From Candidatus Velthaea sp. (GTDB lineage: Bacteria > Vulcanimicrobiota > Vulcanimicrobiia > Vulcanimicrobiales > Vulcanimicrobiaceae), in the NCBI GenBank assembly GCA_965214935.1, contig CBDCCS010000018.1:160001-224000 (forward strand): a DNA stretch of 64,000 nucleotides. Reading direction: 5' to 3'. The notes under the pieces were generated by a model, which made no database searches, was not told the DNA's origin, and saw nothing but the letters and a program-made list of their open reading frames with translations. Position numbers and translations under genes: made by a program. This document shows, piece by piece, positions 1 to 9,656 of this stretch; position 1 is the stretch's first letter; each line of letters begins with the position of its first letter.

Positions 1-952
1 CGGGCGGCGTTCGGCTCGCCCGAAGAACGGAACGCCGGCAGCGAGCGAACGCGCGGCGATGGGATAACACACGATTGCGAAGATCGCGATGTTGCGTTTG
101 GCGCCGAACATGAGCAACGTGCAGACGAGTACGAGGAAACGGTCCGTCCAGCGGCGCGGCCCGGCGACGCCGAACACAGCGAGTATCACGAGCAACGGCA
201 GCGCACCGAAGGTAAATGATAGGTCGCTAAAGTCGGTATGCTGCCACTCGAAAATCACCGCCTTGATCGGGCTTGCCAAGAGCATCAAAGCATAGCGCGG
301 GAGCGCCGGTCCAAGCGGATTGATACACGCGGCGGCGATCGACAACAGCGCGATGACCGCGAGCCGTTGCGTTCGCCCGGACCACCCGGTCTCGAGCGCG
401 CTGCCGAGACTGCAAACGGCGGCCAGCGCCGGAGCGATCGCGACGCTCGCGTGGACGTTCGACCAAAGCGCCACAACGGCCAAGCTGAACACGAGCGCCG
501 GTTTCTGCCGTTCGAGGCCGGCGAGAAAGAGACCGAGCAACGGCCAAGCCATGACCTGATCGCGAACGCCGAACGACTCGAAAAGTGCGAGACCAAAGAA
601 CACGATCGTCACCCGCGATCGCCGTTGACGGAGTTGCGCGCTCGCTTGCGCGCCGCGCACCGATCATCAATGCGGCAACGGCCGCCACGGCGCTCAGCGT
701 GGCAAACGCCGGCCACCATTGGCCTTGACCCAAGAAAGCACCGATCGAGAACAACCACTCCTGCGGTATCCAGGCTGAACCCGGCGCACTAAACGTCTCG
801 TTGCCGATCGTCCGCGGCAGCGCATGCGTTCGCAAAATAGTAGCGCCGAGCCAGCGTTGCCAACCAAGATCGCCGTCGCTTTTCGGATAGAAGACGGCAA
901 CGGCGAAGAATCGCGCCGCAAATATAGCGACGATTAGCGACGCCACTTTCAC
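1..952 (-). CDS. Polytopic membrane protein, GT-C-fold glycosyltransferase-like; frameshifted at 612-614 and truncated by the window edge
   Basis: N-terminal DGDLGWQRWLG...ETFSAPG..W.PQEWLF motif. Removing one base at CCC 612-614 continues the frame as AVTIVFFGLALFESFGVRDQV...LWSNVHAS...INPLG...FEWQ to position 1. Confidence 0.65.
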
Positions 953-1055
953 ACCGATGCTATCGGCTGCGTTCGGACGCCGTTACGGGCAATCAGTCAA
1001 AGACTTTGCATATTGCCGATAGGAACGGTTCGTACGCGAAGCAATTGTCCGTCCA

Positions 1056-1271
1056 ATGTGGAGCTTCTTCACTCGCGTTTTCGGACAGCCGCCTCCGCAA
1101 CACTCCGCTTCGTCGCATTCCGCTGAAGTCAGCAACGTTTTAGCCGCACTCGACGACGGTGTTTCGCAGCGTTCGTTGCCCACGCTCGTCTGCCGTAAGT
1201 GCGGCCTCAAATATGAAAACACCGGGACGTATTTACGCGGGGCAAGCTGCCCGGATTGCACTCTAACGTAG
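1056..1271 (+). CDS. Small putative zinc-ribbon protein (71 aa)
   Basis: CRKC and CPDC motifs; fills the intergenic gap. Confidence 0.55.
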   Translation: MWSFFTRVFGQPPPQHSASSHSAEVSNVLAALDDGVSQRSLPTLVCRKCGLKYENTGTYLRGASCPDCTLT

Positions 1272-1314
1272 ACCCGAATCCGGTTCCTCCGTACGGGGCG
1301 TTGCAGGCCAATCG

Positions 1315-1926
1315 TTACAACGTGCGGCGGATCTCAGCGACGCCGAAAGCGCTTAACAAGATGCCCGTTATGCCGTCGATCCAGCGCATTGCACGTCGCC
1401 CGAGCGTATGCCGGCCGATGGTTACCGTCGTCGAAATGAGAAGCCACCACGCAGTCGATCCCAGAAATACCCCCGCAACGGTTTGTGCCGTAGCGCCGGC
1501 TGCCAATCCGGTCGCGGGGGCAAGGACGGCAAAGGAAGCCGCGAACGAAACGATCGTTGGCGGGTTCGTCAGCGTCAAGATCAGCGCGCTCAGGTAATTG
1601 CTTGCCGTAGAAGTACTCGTCGAGCTGAGTTCGGTTCGTGGCGGCCGTGCTACGAATGTCTTGAGGCCGAGATACAACAGAATTAAGCCGGCTAAGAAGT
1701 GCAACGGCCGATCGTAGGCCAGCATGAAGCGCGAGACACTGCTCAATCCAAGCGCCGCAATTGATGCGTATACCCCGTCACCCGTCGCGATGCCGAGTCC
1801 GGTCGTAAATCCGAGTCGCCAGCCGTTGCCGAGCGTGCGGCGCATGCAGAGGACGCTCATCGGACCGACGGGCGCCGCAACGGCAAGACCGATACCGGCG
1901 CCCTTAAGGAGTGGAAGTACGTCCAT
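1315..1926 (-). CDS. LysE family translocator
   Basis: AAPVGPMSVLCMRRTL..G...G.G.ATGD and LTLTNPPTI motifs; hydrophobic. Confidence 0.9.
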   Translation of the reverse strand: MDVLPLLKGAGIGLAVAAPVGPMSVLCMRRTLGNGWRLGFTTGLGIATGDGVYASIAALGLSSVSRFMLAYDRPLHFLAGLILLYLGLKTFVARPPRTELSSTSTSTASNYLSALILTLTNPPTIVSFAASFAVLAPATGLAAGATAQTVAGVFLGSTAWWLLISTTVTIGRHTLGRRAMRWIDGITGILLSAFGVAEIRRTL

Positions 1927-2123
1927 ACGTGCTTACTTAAGCGGAGCGCGGCGTTGAACTTTGCTGTCGCCCGGCAATCGTTCAGCTTGTCCGCGGGCTA
2001 CACAACGCCGCGCAAGCTACCCCCGCGCTCGACCCGGCCGAGCAAGACCGGCGCCTATAAATAAATGTTGGCAAAGCATTGCGCGTGCTCGCGCATTCGG
2101 ACGGCGACGGCCGATGAAGATCA

Positions 2124-3596
2124 GTGATGCGCGCAAGCTCGCAAGTCGTGCCGCACGACGGCAGTCAACGTCGAATTACATCGATGCCGGTTCTAATCTG
2201 CTTGATGCTGACGCTGTCATACGTTGCTTCGCTAGCGCTATTTCCCGAGCGCCTGTGCGATTTTCGCGCGTTTTACTGCGCGGGTCGCAGCGTGCTTGCG
2301 GGTCGCGACCCGTATCGCGAACATCCGTTGCATGAATGCGAACGCGCTTTGCCGGCGCAAATCGCGTCGGCATTGCCGGCGCAGGTCACGATCCCCGCGC
2401 CTTATCCCGGCTATGTGCTGGCGCTTTTCGCGCTGCTGGCAGCGCTGCCGTTCAACCTCGCTGCCGCCGTGTGGACGTTCGGCTCGTGTGCGGCACTGGG
2501 TGGTTCGATCGTCCGCATTGCCGCCGTGACGAGGTTGAAGCGCCGGGCAGTCGGTATCGTCCTTGCGCTGCCGGCTGCGACGATCGCGCTACCGCTCGGC
2601 CAGCCGACGGTCTTTGTTTTGTTCGGCCTTGCAATGTGTGCAGATTCGCTCGAAGCCCGGCAACCGATGCGGGCGGCACTGGCGGCGTTGGTTGTGTTTC
2701 TCGATCCGCAAGTCGGACTTGCTGTAGCAGCGAGCCTTGCGCTCGCGGTGCCGCAAACGCGGCTCGTGCTCGGCGCCGGCATCGCAGCGCTGGCCGTATT
2801 CGATTGCATTGCGTTCGGTCCGGCGCGCGAATACGAGTATCTGTTTGCGGTGTTGCCGGCGCATGCGCTCGTCAACGTTCCGGAATTTTCGCAGTTTAGC
2901 GTTTCAAATCTGCTGTTCAGCGCCGGTATCGCGCCGCAAACGGCAGTGACGGCCGGTAACATTTGGTATGCACTTGCGCTCGTTACCGGAACCATCGTCG
3001 GTCTACGGCTGCGCCGACGGCTCGGCGCAGCCGCGGTCGTTTTCGTGCCGGTCGCCTTTGCGGTGTTCGGTGGCGTACACACGCATCTCCAACAGCTCGA
3101 CTTGGCGCTACCGGCGTTTCTGCTCGTGCTCGCGACGCGCACCGTTCCGTTGCAACGCCCGGTCATCATCTTAACGTTTATCGCCGCCGTGCCGTGGCTT
3201 ATCTGCGCCGCGTTGCCGCCCACGTATGTGGCGGTTGCAATCTTGGGCGCCGTATTGGCCCGGCTCATGGATTGTCGTCGGCTGAGCGTCCCGCTCGGGC
3301 TGTCGTGTTTGCTTATCCTCGGCGGGATCGCCGTTGCCGTTATCGGCTCGCCCGGCTCGCATAGCGCCGTTGTATCGCTGCGCGCAGTACCCGCCGGCGA
3401 TGCAAATCCGCTCGCGCAAGTCGCTTGGGGCAAGTACGTTCGCGCGACGAGTACACCGGAGCAACTCTGGTACGTTCTGGCCAAAGTGCCGACGCTGCTC
3501 GCCTTCTGTGCCGGATTGCTGCTCATGTGCAGGGTCGCTTTTCGTCCGGTCGGATCGGCCGGGCTGCAGCGTCTCGCGACGGCCGACGCGCGATGA
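2124..3596 (+). CDS. GT87/GT-C-like membrane glycosyltransferase, paralog 1
   Basis: DFRAFYCAG...DPY first-loop motif, P.P.P motif, LGQ, many TM helices. Confidence 0.7.
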   Translation: MMRASSQVVPHDGSQRRITSMPVLICLMLTLSYVASLALFPERLCDFRAFYCAGRSVLAGRDPYREHPLHECERALPAQIASALPAQVTIPAPYPGYVLALFALLAALPFNLAAAVWTFGSCAALGGSIVRIAAVTRLKRRAVGIVLALPAATIALPLGQPTVFVLFGLAMCADSLEARQPMRAALAALVVFLDPQVGLAVAASLALAVPQTRLVLGAGIAALAVFDCIAFGPAREYEYLFAVLPAHALVNVPEFSQFSVSNLLFSAGIAPQTAVTAGNIWYALALVTGTIVGLRLRRRLGAAAVVFVPVAFAVFGGVHTHLQQLDLALPAFLLVLATRTVPLQRPVIILTFIAAVPWLICAALPPTYVAVAILGAVLARLMDCRRLSVPLGLSCLLILGGIAVAVIGSPGSHSAVVSLRAVPAGDANPLAQVAWGKYVRATSTPEQLWYVLAKVPTLLAFCAGLLLMCRVAFRPVGSAGLQRLATADAR

Positions 3597-4993
3597 ACGG
3601 ACGGCGAGCGAACGCGTTGGCTGTCGGCATCGTCGCACTAACGTTCGCCGGCTATTTACCCTTTGCGCCGGTGCGGCTCTACGATCTGCGCGCATTCTAT
3701 TGTGCGGGCCGCGCCGTCGCAGTGCATGCCGATCCGTATCGCGAGCATCCGCTGCATGAATGCGAACGAACGACGAGCGCTCCGGGCATGCCGGTCGAAG
3801 CGGACGTCGTTACGGTTCCGGCGCCGTTGCCCGGCTACGTGCTTGCGTTGTTTGCCCTGCTGGCCGTCCTGCCGTTTCCGGTCTGCGCGTTGCTTTGGAT
3901 CGTGGCATCGTTGGCCGCGGTGGCGGCCACGATCTTGCTGCTGATCCGGCTAATCGATCTGCCGCCGGCATCGATCGCCATTGCCGTTGCCGTGCCCGAA
4001 CTTCTCGTCGCGTTGCCGCTCGGACAGTCGGCACCGTTCGTTGGTTTCGGCATCGCGGTCTGTGCCTCGGCGCTGCGATTCAAACGGCCGAACGCGGCGG
4101 TTGCCGGTGCATTGCTCACGGCGGCCTTTCCGGCAATTGCGTTGCCGCTATGTACGGCGCTTTTCATCGCGATGCCGCGCGCTCGCATCGGGTTAATCGG
4201 CGGCTGCATGGCACTTTGCGCGGTCTCCCTTGCCGTGCTCGGGCTCGACACGAATACGGAATACGTCCGGGCCGTACTGCATGCGCACGCACTTGGCAAC
4301 GTCGCCGAACGATCGCAATTCAGCACGGCGCATTTCGCCTGGATCGCCGGTTTTTCACCACGCTCGGCACTTGCGTTCGGAAACATCTGGTATGTGGTTT
4401 CGGCTACGTTCGGCGTCGGTATCGCGCTGCGGTTGCGCGCCGCGTTCGGCGCTGCAATCATCGCGCTTATTCCGCCGGCTTTTGCCGTATTCGGCGGCTT
4501 CTACGTCCATTTCGATCAGCTGGTGCTGGCGATTCCGGCGTACCTTGCACTCGCCGCGCAGCTTCCGCGGCAGCGAATCGCAATGCTGAGCGCGATCTTT
4601 ATTCTTGCGGTTCCGTGGCTGGCGATCGTCGCGTATCCACCGTTTGCCGTCGCACTCGTCGTCCTTGCGATCTTGTACCTGCGGCCTGAGGGCCGGTCCA
4701 CGGCGGGCGCGCTTTTAGGCGGTGCGAGCGCCGTTCTACTCCTCGGTCTATTTACGATCGCCCTCATGCACGTCCACGCTCCCACGGCGAACTTCCGTTT
4801 CGACGCGCCTTTTAATCCGCTCGCAGAGCGCTCGTGGACAGCCTATGTTGCTTGGCGGGATCCGCATCCGAGCTATGTTTTCTTGCTGCTGCAAGTGCCC
4901 ACCGTGGGCGCTTTCGTCGGTTGTCTGGCCGTACTTGCGCGCACGGCGTTTCGTGCACGGTTGCCGGCCGCCGAGCTAAGGCCGAACCGCTGA
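3593..4993 (+). CDS. GT87/GT-C-like membrane glycosyltransferase, paralog 2
   Basis: DLRAFYCAG...DPYREHPLHECER; ATGA overlap with the upstream paralog places the start at 3593. Confidence 0.7.
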   Translation: MNGRRANALAVGIVALTFAGYLPFAPVRLYDLRAFYCAGRAVAVHADPYREHPLHECERTTSAPGMPVEADVVTVPAPLPGYVLALFALLAVLPFPVCALLWIVASLAAVAATILLLIRLIDLPPASIAIAVAVPELLVALPLGQSAPFVGFGIAVCASALRFKRPNAAVAGALLTAAFPAIALPLCTALFIAMPRARIGLIGGCMALCAVSLAVLGLDTNTEYVRAVLHAHALGNVAERSQFSTAHFAWIAGFSPRSALAFGNIWYVVSATFGVGIALRLRAAFGAAIIALIPPAFAVFGGFYVHFDQLVLAIPAYLALAAQLPRQRIAMLSAIFILAVPWLAIVAYPPFAVALVVLAILYLRPEGRSTAGALLGGASAVLLLGLFTIALMHVHAPTANFRFDAPFNPLAERSWTAYVAWRDPHPSYVFLLLQVPTVGAFVGCLAVLARTAFRARLPAAELRPNR

Positions 4994-5011
4994 AGCGCCG
5001 ATGGTTCCGAT

Positions 5012-6280
5012 GTGATGGCTCTGCGGCTACCGCGAATTCCCGCGGTGGTAATCGAACGTAAACGCGTCGATGCCTGGCTTGCGTCTCATGCGGGCGAGGC
5101 GGTACGTTTGCTCGTCGCACCGGCCGGTTCGGGTAAGACCACGTGCGCGGTTCTCTATGCACGCGCCCGTCCCGGCCGGACCGCTTTTGTTTCGTTGACG
5201 CCGGAGACCGATCGACGGCAGCTCTTCGCTCGGCTGGCGCGAGCACTGGGCGTGGCGGCGATCGGCTCGTACGATTGTTTGGTCGATCTCTTGAGTGCGT
5301 CGGCGCCGCTCGAACTCATCGTCGACAATGTCGACGACGCCGACCGCGATGCGCGTGAGGTGTTGGCGCAACTCTATCTCGATGTCCCCGCCGCCGTCCG
5401 GTTCGTCTTCATCATGCGTCGGGACGAGACGCTGCCGTTGCGTGCCGCGCGCGCGCAAGGTTTCGCGCATCGCTGCGATCCCGCTGTGTTGGCGTTTGCT
5501 GCCGACGAAAGCTTAGGCTGCGCCGCGGCCTTCGGGCTCGCGCTCGCGCCGGCAAGTGCAGCGGAGCTCAATGATGCAGCCGATGGTTGGCCGATCGCCG
5601 TTGCCGGCGCCTGCCGAACCGCTGCGCTCAAGCATGCTTCCGTCTTCGTCGGCTTGGCGGATTGGCGCAGCGATAACGCGCTGCTGCAAGCGCCCTCGGG
5701 TGCGGCATTCATCGAACTATTCGGGCGTTTCGATATGCTCGTAGCGGGCCGGCCGGTCCGTTGGATTCGCCGTCGGGACCGGCAGATCGTCCAGTATCTC
5801 GCCATGCAGCCGCAAGGCGCAGCGACTCGGCATCAGATCGTTACCACGTTCTGGCCCAACGCCGACCCTCAACTCGCGGCGCAGAGTTTGCGTACGGCGT
5901 GCTCGACCATCCGCCGTGCGATCGGCGCCTGCGTCGGACCCGCGAACGTCGGTTCGTATTTTCGCGGCGAGCGCGTCGTATCGCTCGACCTGACCAATGC
6001 GATCGTGTCGGCGCACGAGTACACGTATGCCTGCGAACTTGCGGCCGATGCTTACGAGCGCGAAAACTTCGTCTCGGCGCTCGGACACTATCGACGCGCC
6101 GAGCGCATGTACCGTTCGCCGTTTCTGGCCGGCGAACCGCCCGCAACCTGGGCGTTTCCGTTCGAGCGCCGTTTCGCGGCGATGCATGCAATCGTCACGC
6201 TGCGCCTGATCGAACTCGGCGGCAAGAGCGGTGAACTTGCTGCGACTACGCGTCGCTCGGCGGTCGCCGCTATCGCCTAA
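5012..6280 (+). CDS. Transcriptional regulator: MalT-like P-loop ATPase plus winged-HTH/BTAD
   Basis: APAGSGKT Walker A, LIVDNVD Walker B, DGWP motif; C-terminal half has LFGRF...FWP...SLRTACSTIRR...YRSPFL..E (BTAD-like). Confidence 0.7.
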   Translation: MMALRLPRIPAVVIERKRVDAWLASHAGEAVRLLVAPAGSGKTTCAVLYARARPGRTAFVSLTPETDRRQLFARLARALGVAAIGSYDCLVDLLSASAPLELIVDNVDDADRDAREVLAQLYLDVPAAVRFVFIMRRDETLPLRAARAQGFAHRCDPAVLAFAADESLGCAAAFGLALAPASAAELNDAADGWPIAVAGACRTAALKHASVFVGLADWRSDNALLQAPSGAAFIELFGRFDMLVAGRPVRWIRRRDRQIVQYLAMQPQGAATRHQIVTTFWPNADPQLAAQSLRTACSTIRRAIGACVGPANVGSYFRGERVVSLDLTNAIVSAHEYTYACELAADAYERENFVSALGHYRRAERMYRSPFLAGEPPATWAFPFERRFAAMHAIVTLRLIELGGKSGELAATTRRSAVAAIA

Positions 6281-6299
6281 GGCGCCGTCAGGCGTTCGA

Positions 6300-7373
6300 T
6301 TAAACCGGTTCGCGCAGGCGCAAGCCGGGTGTACGTGCGCGAATTACTTTGCGCGCCGGTACTTCGATCCAGTGATGAATCGCGAGTGCCACGCCTAACG
6401 CCGTCGCCAACGCACCGCAGCCGGTCAATCGGTCCATGACGATGTGGTGCACCATGTACAATGCGAAGCTGGCCTCGCCGAGTGCAACGAGCGGCCGCGC
6501 GCGCAAAAGTTGCGAGAGCGCGCCGCGTTGCACGGCGAAGATAAAAATAAGTCCCATCCATGCCGGCACTAAACATGAAGCGAAACCATACGCCGGCGGC
6601 AACGACGGCGAGATGGCAATACCGAAAATAACCGTTGCAATCGATGCACATTCGAGAATGGTAGCGCGGGCGGCCGATAGGCGAACGTCGGCTTGGGCAA
6701 ACGCAAGCGCAAGAATCATGCCGCAAATGAAGTCGGCTAAACGCGGCAGCGGAAAAACGTAAACGAGCCACTGCATCGCCGGTTGCGCCGCATCGACCGA
6801 CAGATCGAAGCAGCACGCGAGCAGCCAGATGGCGGCCGCAATGCAGCCATAGTGCACGATCGACAGGCGGGCTCGAATCAAGCGCTGGAGCGCGAACGGA
6901 AAAACGGCATAGAAGAATGCCTCATCGGACAGCGTCCAGGCCGGACCGTTGAAAGCAAACGGGACGTTGTCCACCGGAATCCAGCTCTGCAGAAGCGTAA
7001 GCTGCGCGCCCAGGGCGATGCCGTAGAACGGCGGCCGGATCGCCACGAGCCCGAGCAGGCAGACCGCGAGCAGCGTCAGGACGTGCAGCGGATAGACGCG
7101 CGCAAATCGCGCGAGCCAAAATGCGCGCACGGCCGCGAGCGCGTTGCCCGACGTAAAGCCGGTTCGGTAGACGTGGGTGAGAATAAAGCCCGAAAGGACG
7201 AAGAAAAATTCGACTCCGGCCGCACCGAACATCGACGGGACGTGCCCGCGGCTGACGTCCCAGTGCGCGCAAACAACGAGCAACGCCGCTGCGAAACGCA
7301 GCGACGTTAAAGGCGGTAAGCTCGGAGCGCGCTCGCGCCGTTCGGGATCGGTCAGCCTCCGGTGTGCAAGCAT
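6300..7373 (-). CDS. Acyltransferase family 3 (membrane O-acyltransferase)
   Basis: LTSLRFAAA...H, GVEFFFVLSGF, RFARVYP, WTLSDEAFFY, LGEASFALYMVH. Confidence 0.9.
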   Translation of the reverse strand: MLAHRRLTDPERRERAPSLPPLTSLRFAAALLVVCAHWDVSRGHVPSMFGAAGVEFFFVLSGFILTHVYRTGFTSGNALAAVRAFWLARFARVYPLHVLTLLAVCLLGLVAIRPPFYGIALGAQLTLLQSWIPVDNVPFAFNGPAWTLSDEAFFYAVFPFALQRLIRARLSIVHYGCIAAAIWLLACCFDLSVDAAQPAMQWLVYVFPLPRLADFICGMILALAFAQADVRLSAARATILECASIATVIFGIAISPSLPPAYGFASCLVPAWMGLIFIFAVQRGALSQLLRARPLVALGEASFALYMVHHIVMDRLTGCGALATALGVALAIHHWIEVPARKVIRARTPGLRLREPV

Positions 7374-7957
7374 AGCGGCACGATGATCGCCGAAGCAAGA
7401 TACGGTCCGAAGGCGACCGGCTGCTTTTCGGCGCGCCGCACTTTTGCAATCGCGATTGCGACCACCGAGGCCAGCGCGAACGCGAGCATCGCATCTTGAA
7501 TGCCGAGCAACGCTCCGCCCAGCGCCGCAAGCTTCACATCGCCCCAGCCCATGCCGATACCCTTGGTCCGCCAAGCCATGAACGCGAACGGCGCCGCCGG
7601 GACCGCGGCGACGACGATAATGTACCAGCGTCCGGCCAACAAGCCGCCGACGATGAGCGCTCCGAGCGGCAGCAATGTCAAGGCGTCGGGCACGATGCCG
7701 CGCGTAACATCCGTATACCAAATGGCGGCCATGAGCGCGCAACACGCGGCGACGATTGCGAGCGCTTCTGGCCGCAAGCCGCGGTAGGCGCAGATCGCAC
7801 CGATCAGCGCGCCCGCAACGATCAGCACGTTCACCGGCGGCTCGCTCGCGGGCGGACCATCGGCAAGGCGCTCGCCGGTGAAGTACGTGCGTGCGATGAG
7901 TATTCCGGCGAAGGCGAAGATCGCAAACGCGATCGCGCTGATGATAATACCGCTCAT
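7352..7957 (-). CDS. Prepilin peptidase, A24 family
   Basis: WYTD...IVPD, GMGWGDVKL, AFGPYL. Confidence 0.88.
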   Translation of the reverse strand: MSGIIISAIAFAIFAFAGILIARTYFTGERLADGPPASEPPVNVLIVAGALIGAICAYRGLRPEALAIVAACCALMAAIWYTDVTRGIVPDALTLLPLGALIVGGLLAGRWYIIVVAAVPAAPFAFMAWRTKGIGMGWGDVKLAALGGALLGIQDAMLAFALASVVAIAIAKVRRAEKQPVAFGPYLASAIIVPLCLHTGG

Positions 7958-8796
7958 TTCAACATGTTTGCGACGACGGGCGTAAAGATCATCACGAAGA
8001 GCGCGGGGAGCATGAAGAACGCCATCGGCAAAATCATTAATACCGGCAACTTCGCGGCGATTTCTTCGGCTCGCGAGAGCCGCCTCGCGCGCGCTTCTTG
8101 CGCCAATTCGTCGAGCACGTCGCCGATGTTTCCGCCGAGCCGTTCGGTCTGTACGATCGCGGTAACCATCGATGACAAATCTTGCTGTTTTGCGCGCTGA
8201 CCCATGGCATTGAACGCGTCGGCGCGGCTGCGGCCTAAGCGCACGTCGGAGAGCACGATGGCGATTTCTTCGGCCAGCGGGCCGTCGAAGGAACTCGTGG
8301 CGCTGGCCAAAGCGGAGTTGAGCGCCGTACCCGCTTCGACCGTCGTCGATACCATGTCGAGCAGGTCGGGGATACGCCGGCCGATCGCTTCTTTACGCTT
8401 CTTGATCGCGCCGTCGATGACGAACGATGGTGCGATCATGCCCACGCCGCCGAGGATGATCGCTGCCAGAAATAAGAAGTGCGCTTGATTGAGAATGAGC
8501 GTTGCGAAAAATGCGATGCCGATGCCGGCGCCCGCCGCGACGAAACGCGACATGACGAAGCGTTTGACCGACGTCTTGTACCAGCCGGCTTCGGCCAGCT
8601 TTGCGCCGACCGCGGTCTTGTCGACGCCCGAAAGAATCTTGGAAACGACTTTTGATTGTCCCGCGTTGGCTCGCTCGCGCTGCGTCCAATCGAGTTCGGC
8701 GACCCGCCGTGAGGCGTCGCTGCGAAAGCCCAGTAACGCAACGGTGACCGCGAAGAGCGTAGCCGCGCAGAGCGCGGCGATACCGGCGGCAAGCAT
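7954..8796 (-). CDS. tadC: Tad inner-membrane platform protein TadC (T2SS-F family)
   Basis: PDLLDMV...VEAG, QTERLGG, RAEEIAAKLPV; position in the operon. Confidence 0.88.
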   Translation of the reverse strand: MLAAGIAALCAATLFAVTVALLGFRSDASRRVAELDWTQRERANAGQSKVVSKILSGVDKTAVGAKLAEAGWYKTSVKRFVMSRFVAAGAGIGIAFFATLILNQAHFLFLAAIILGGVGMIAPSFVIDGAIKKRKEAIGRRIPDLLDMVSTTVEAGTALNSALASATSSFDGPLAEEIAIVLSDVRLGRSRADAFNAMGQRAKQQDLSSMVTAIVQTERLGGNIGDVLDELAQEARARRLSRAEEIAAKLPVLMILPMAFFMLPALFVMIFTPVVANMLK

Positions 8797-9656
8797 CAGA
8801 CGTCGAACGACAAGAGCCGGCAGAGGGTGAAGATACCGGCGCCTTCGAGCACGAAAAAGAGCGTTAAGCCGATATGACCCGGCAACGTCGTGATCATCGT
8901 TTCACGCATGTCCGCTTGCGTGCCCATCACGAAACCGCCGACGAGGACGGGCAACGCGCCGAGCACCCAGGCGCCCGCAATGGCCTCGCCCGTCAACGAT
9001 TTTATTTTGCGCTGAACCGCTCGCCGGCCTTTGATCGTCAGCGCTAAGTGATCCATGATTTTGGCTAAATTACCGCCGGTTTGCGATTGTACTTGGATCG
9101 CATTGACCATCATGCGCAATTCTTCGGACGGCATTCGGCCGACAAGCGCGTCGAGCGCATCGTTGAGCGATACGCCGATATTGGTTTGACCGAAGACACG
9201 CAGAAACTCGCCGCGCGCCGGATCGCTTAACTCCTCGGTTACCAAGACGATGGCCTGACGCATGCCTAAACCGACTCGCAAGCCGTTGCTGATCATCCGC
9301 AGAACCATCTCGAGCTGCTCGTTGAAGGCGTGCGTCCGTTTCTTTACTTTACCGTTGATCCACGACCGGAAGCCCATGACCGAAATACCGAAAAACATGC
9401 CGAGCAGCAAAATTGCTAAGATAAGACCCGGGTGCAGCACCATGATGACGAAGATCCAGCCGGTCAGCGAGACGCCGCCGATTCCGACGACGATCTGTTC
9501 GCTCGAAACCTTAATTCCGGCGCGTTCAAGGTCGGCTGCAAAGAACGACGTAAAGCGCCCCAGCCGGCCCGAGATCCGGTCCCAAAAACTAAAGAACAGC
9601 AGACCGGCAGCAGCGGCTGCACCGATGACGATCGCGAATGGGGCGATGGCTACCAT
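8796..9656 (-). CDS. tadB: Tad inner-membrane platform protein TadB
   Basis: FNEQL..., LRVG, QSQTGGNLA, KSLTGE; likely start MVAIAPF at 9656. Confidence 0.88.
   Translation of the reverse strand: MVAIAPFAIVIGAAAAAGLLFFSFWDRISGRLGRFTSFFAADLERAGIKVSSEQIVVGIGGVSLTGWIFVIMVLHPGLILAILLLGMFFGISVMGFRSWINGKVKKRTHAFNEQLEMVLRMISNGLRVGLGMRQAIVLVTEELSDPARGEFLRVFGQTNIGVSLNDALDALVGRMPSEELRMMVNAIQVQSQTGGNLAKIMDHLALTIKGRRAVQRKIKSLTGEAIAGAWVLGALPVLVGGFVMGTQADMRETMITTLPGHIGLTLFFVLEGAGIFTLCRLLSFDV

Noticed and set aside
2411..3526. Long antisense or alternate-frame ORFs (this one, and e.g. 26533-27486 and 60017-60940)
   Set aside because: These are shadow ORFs typical of high-GC coding DNA, overlapping well-supported genes.
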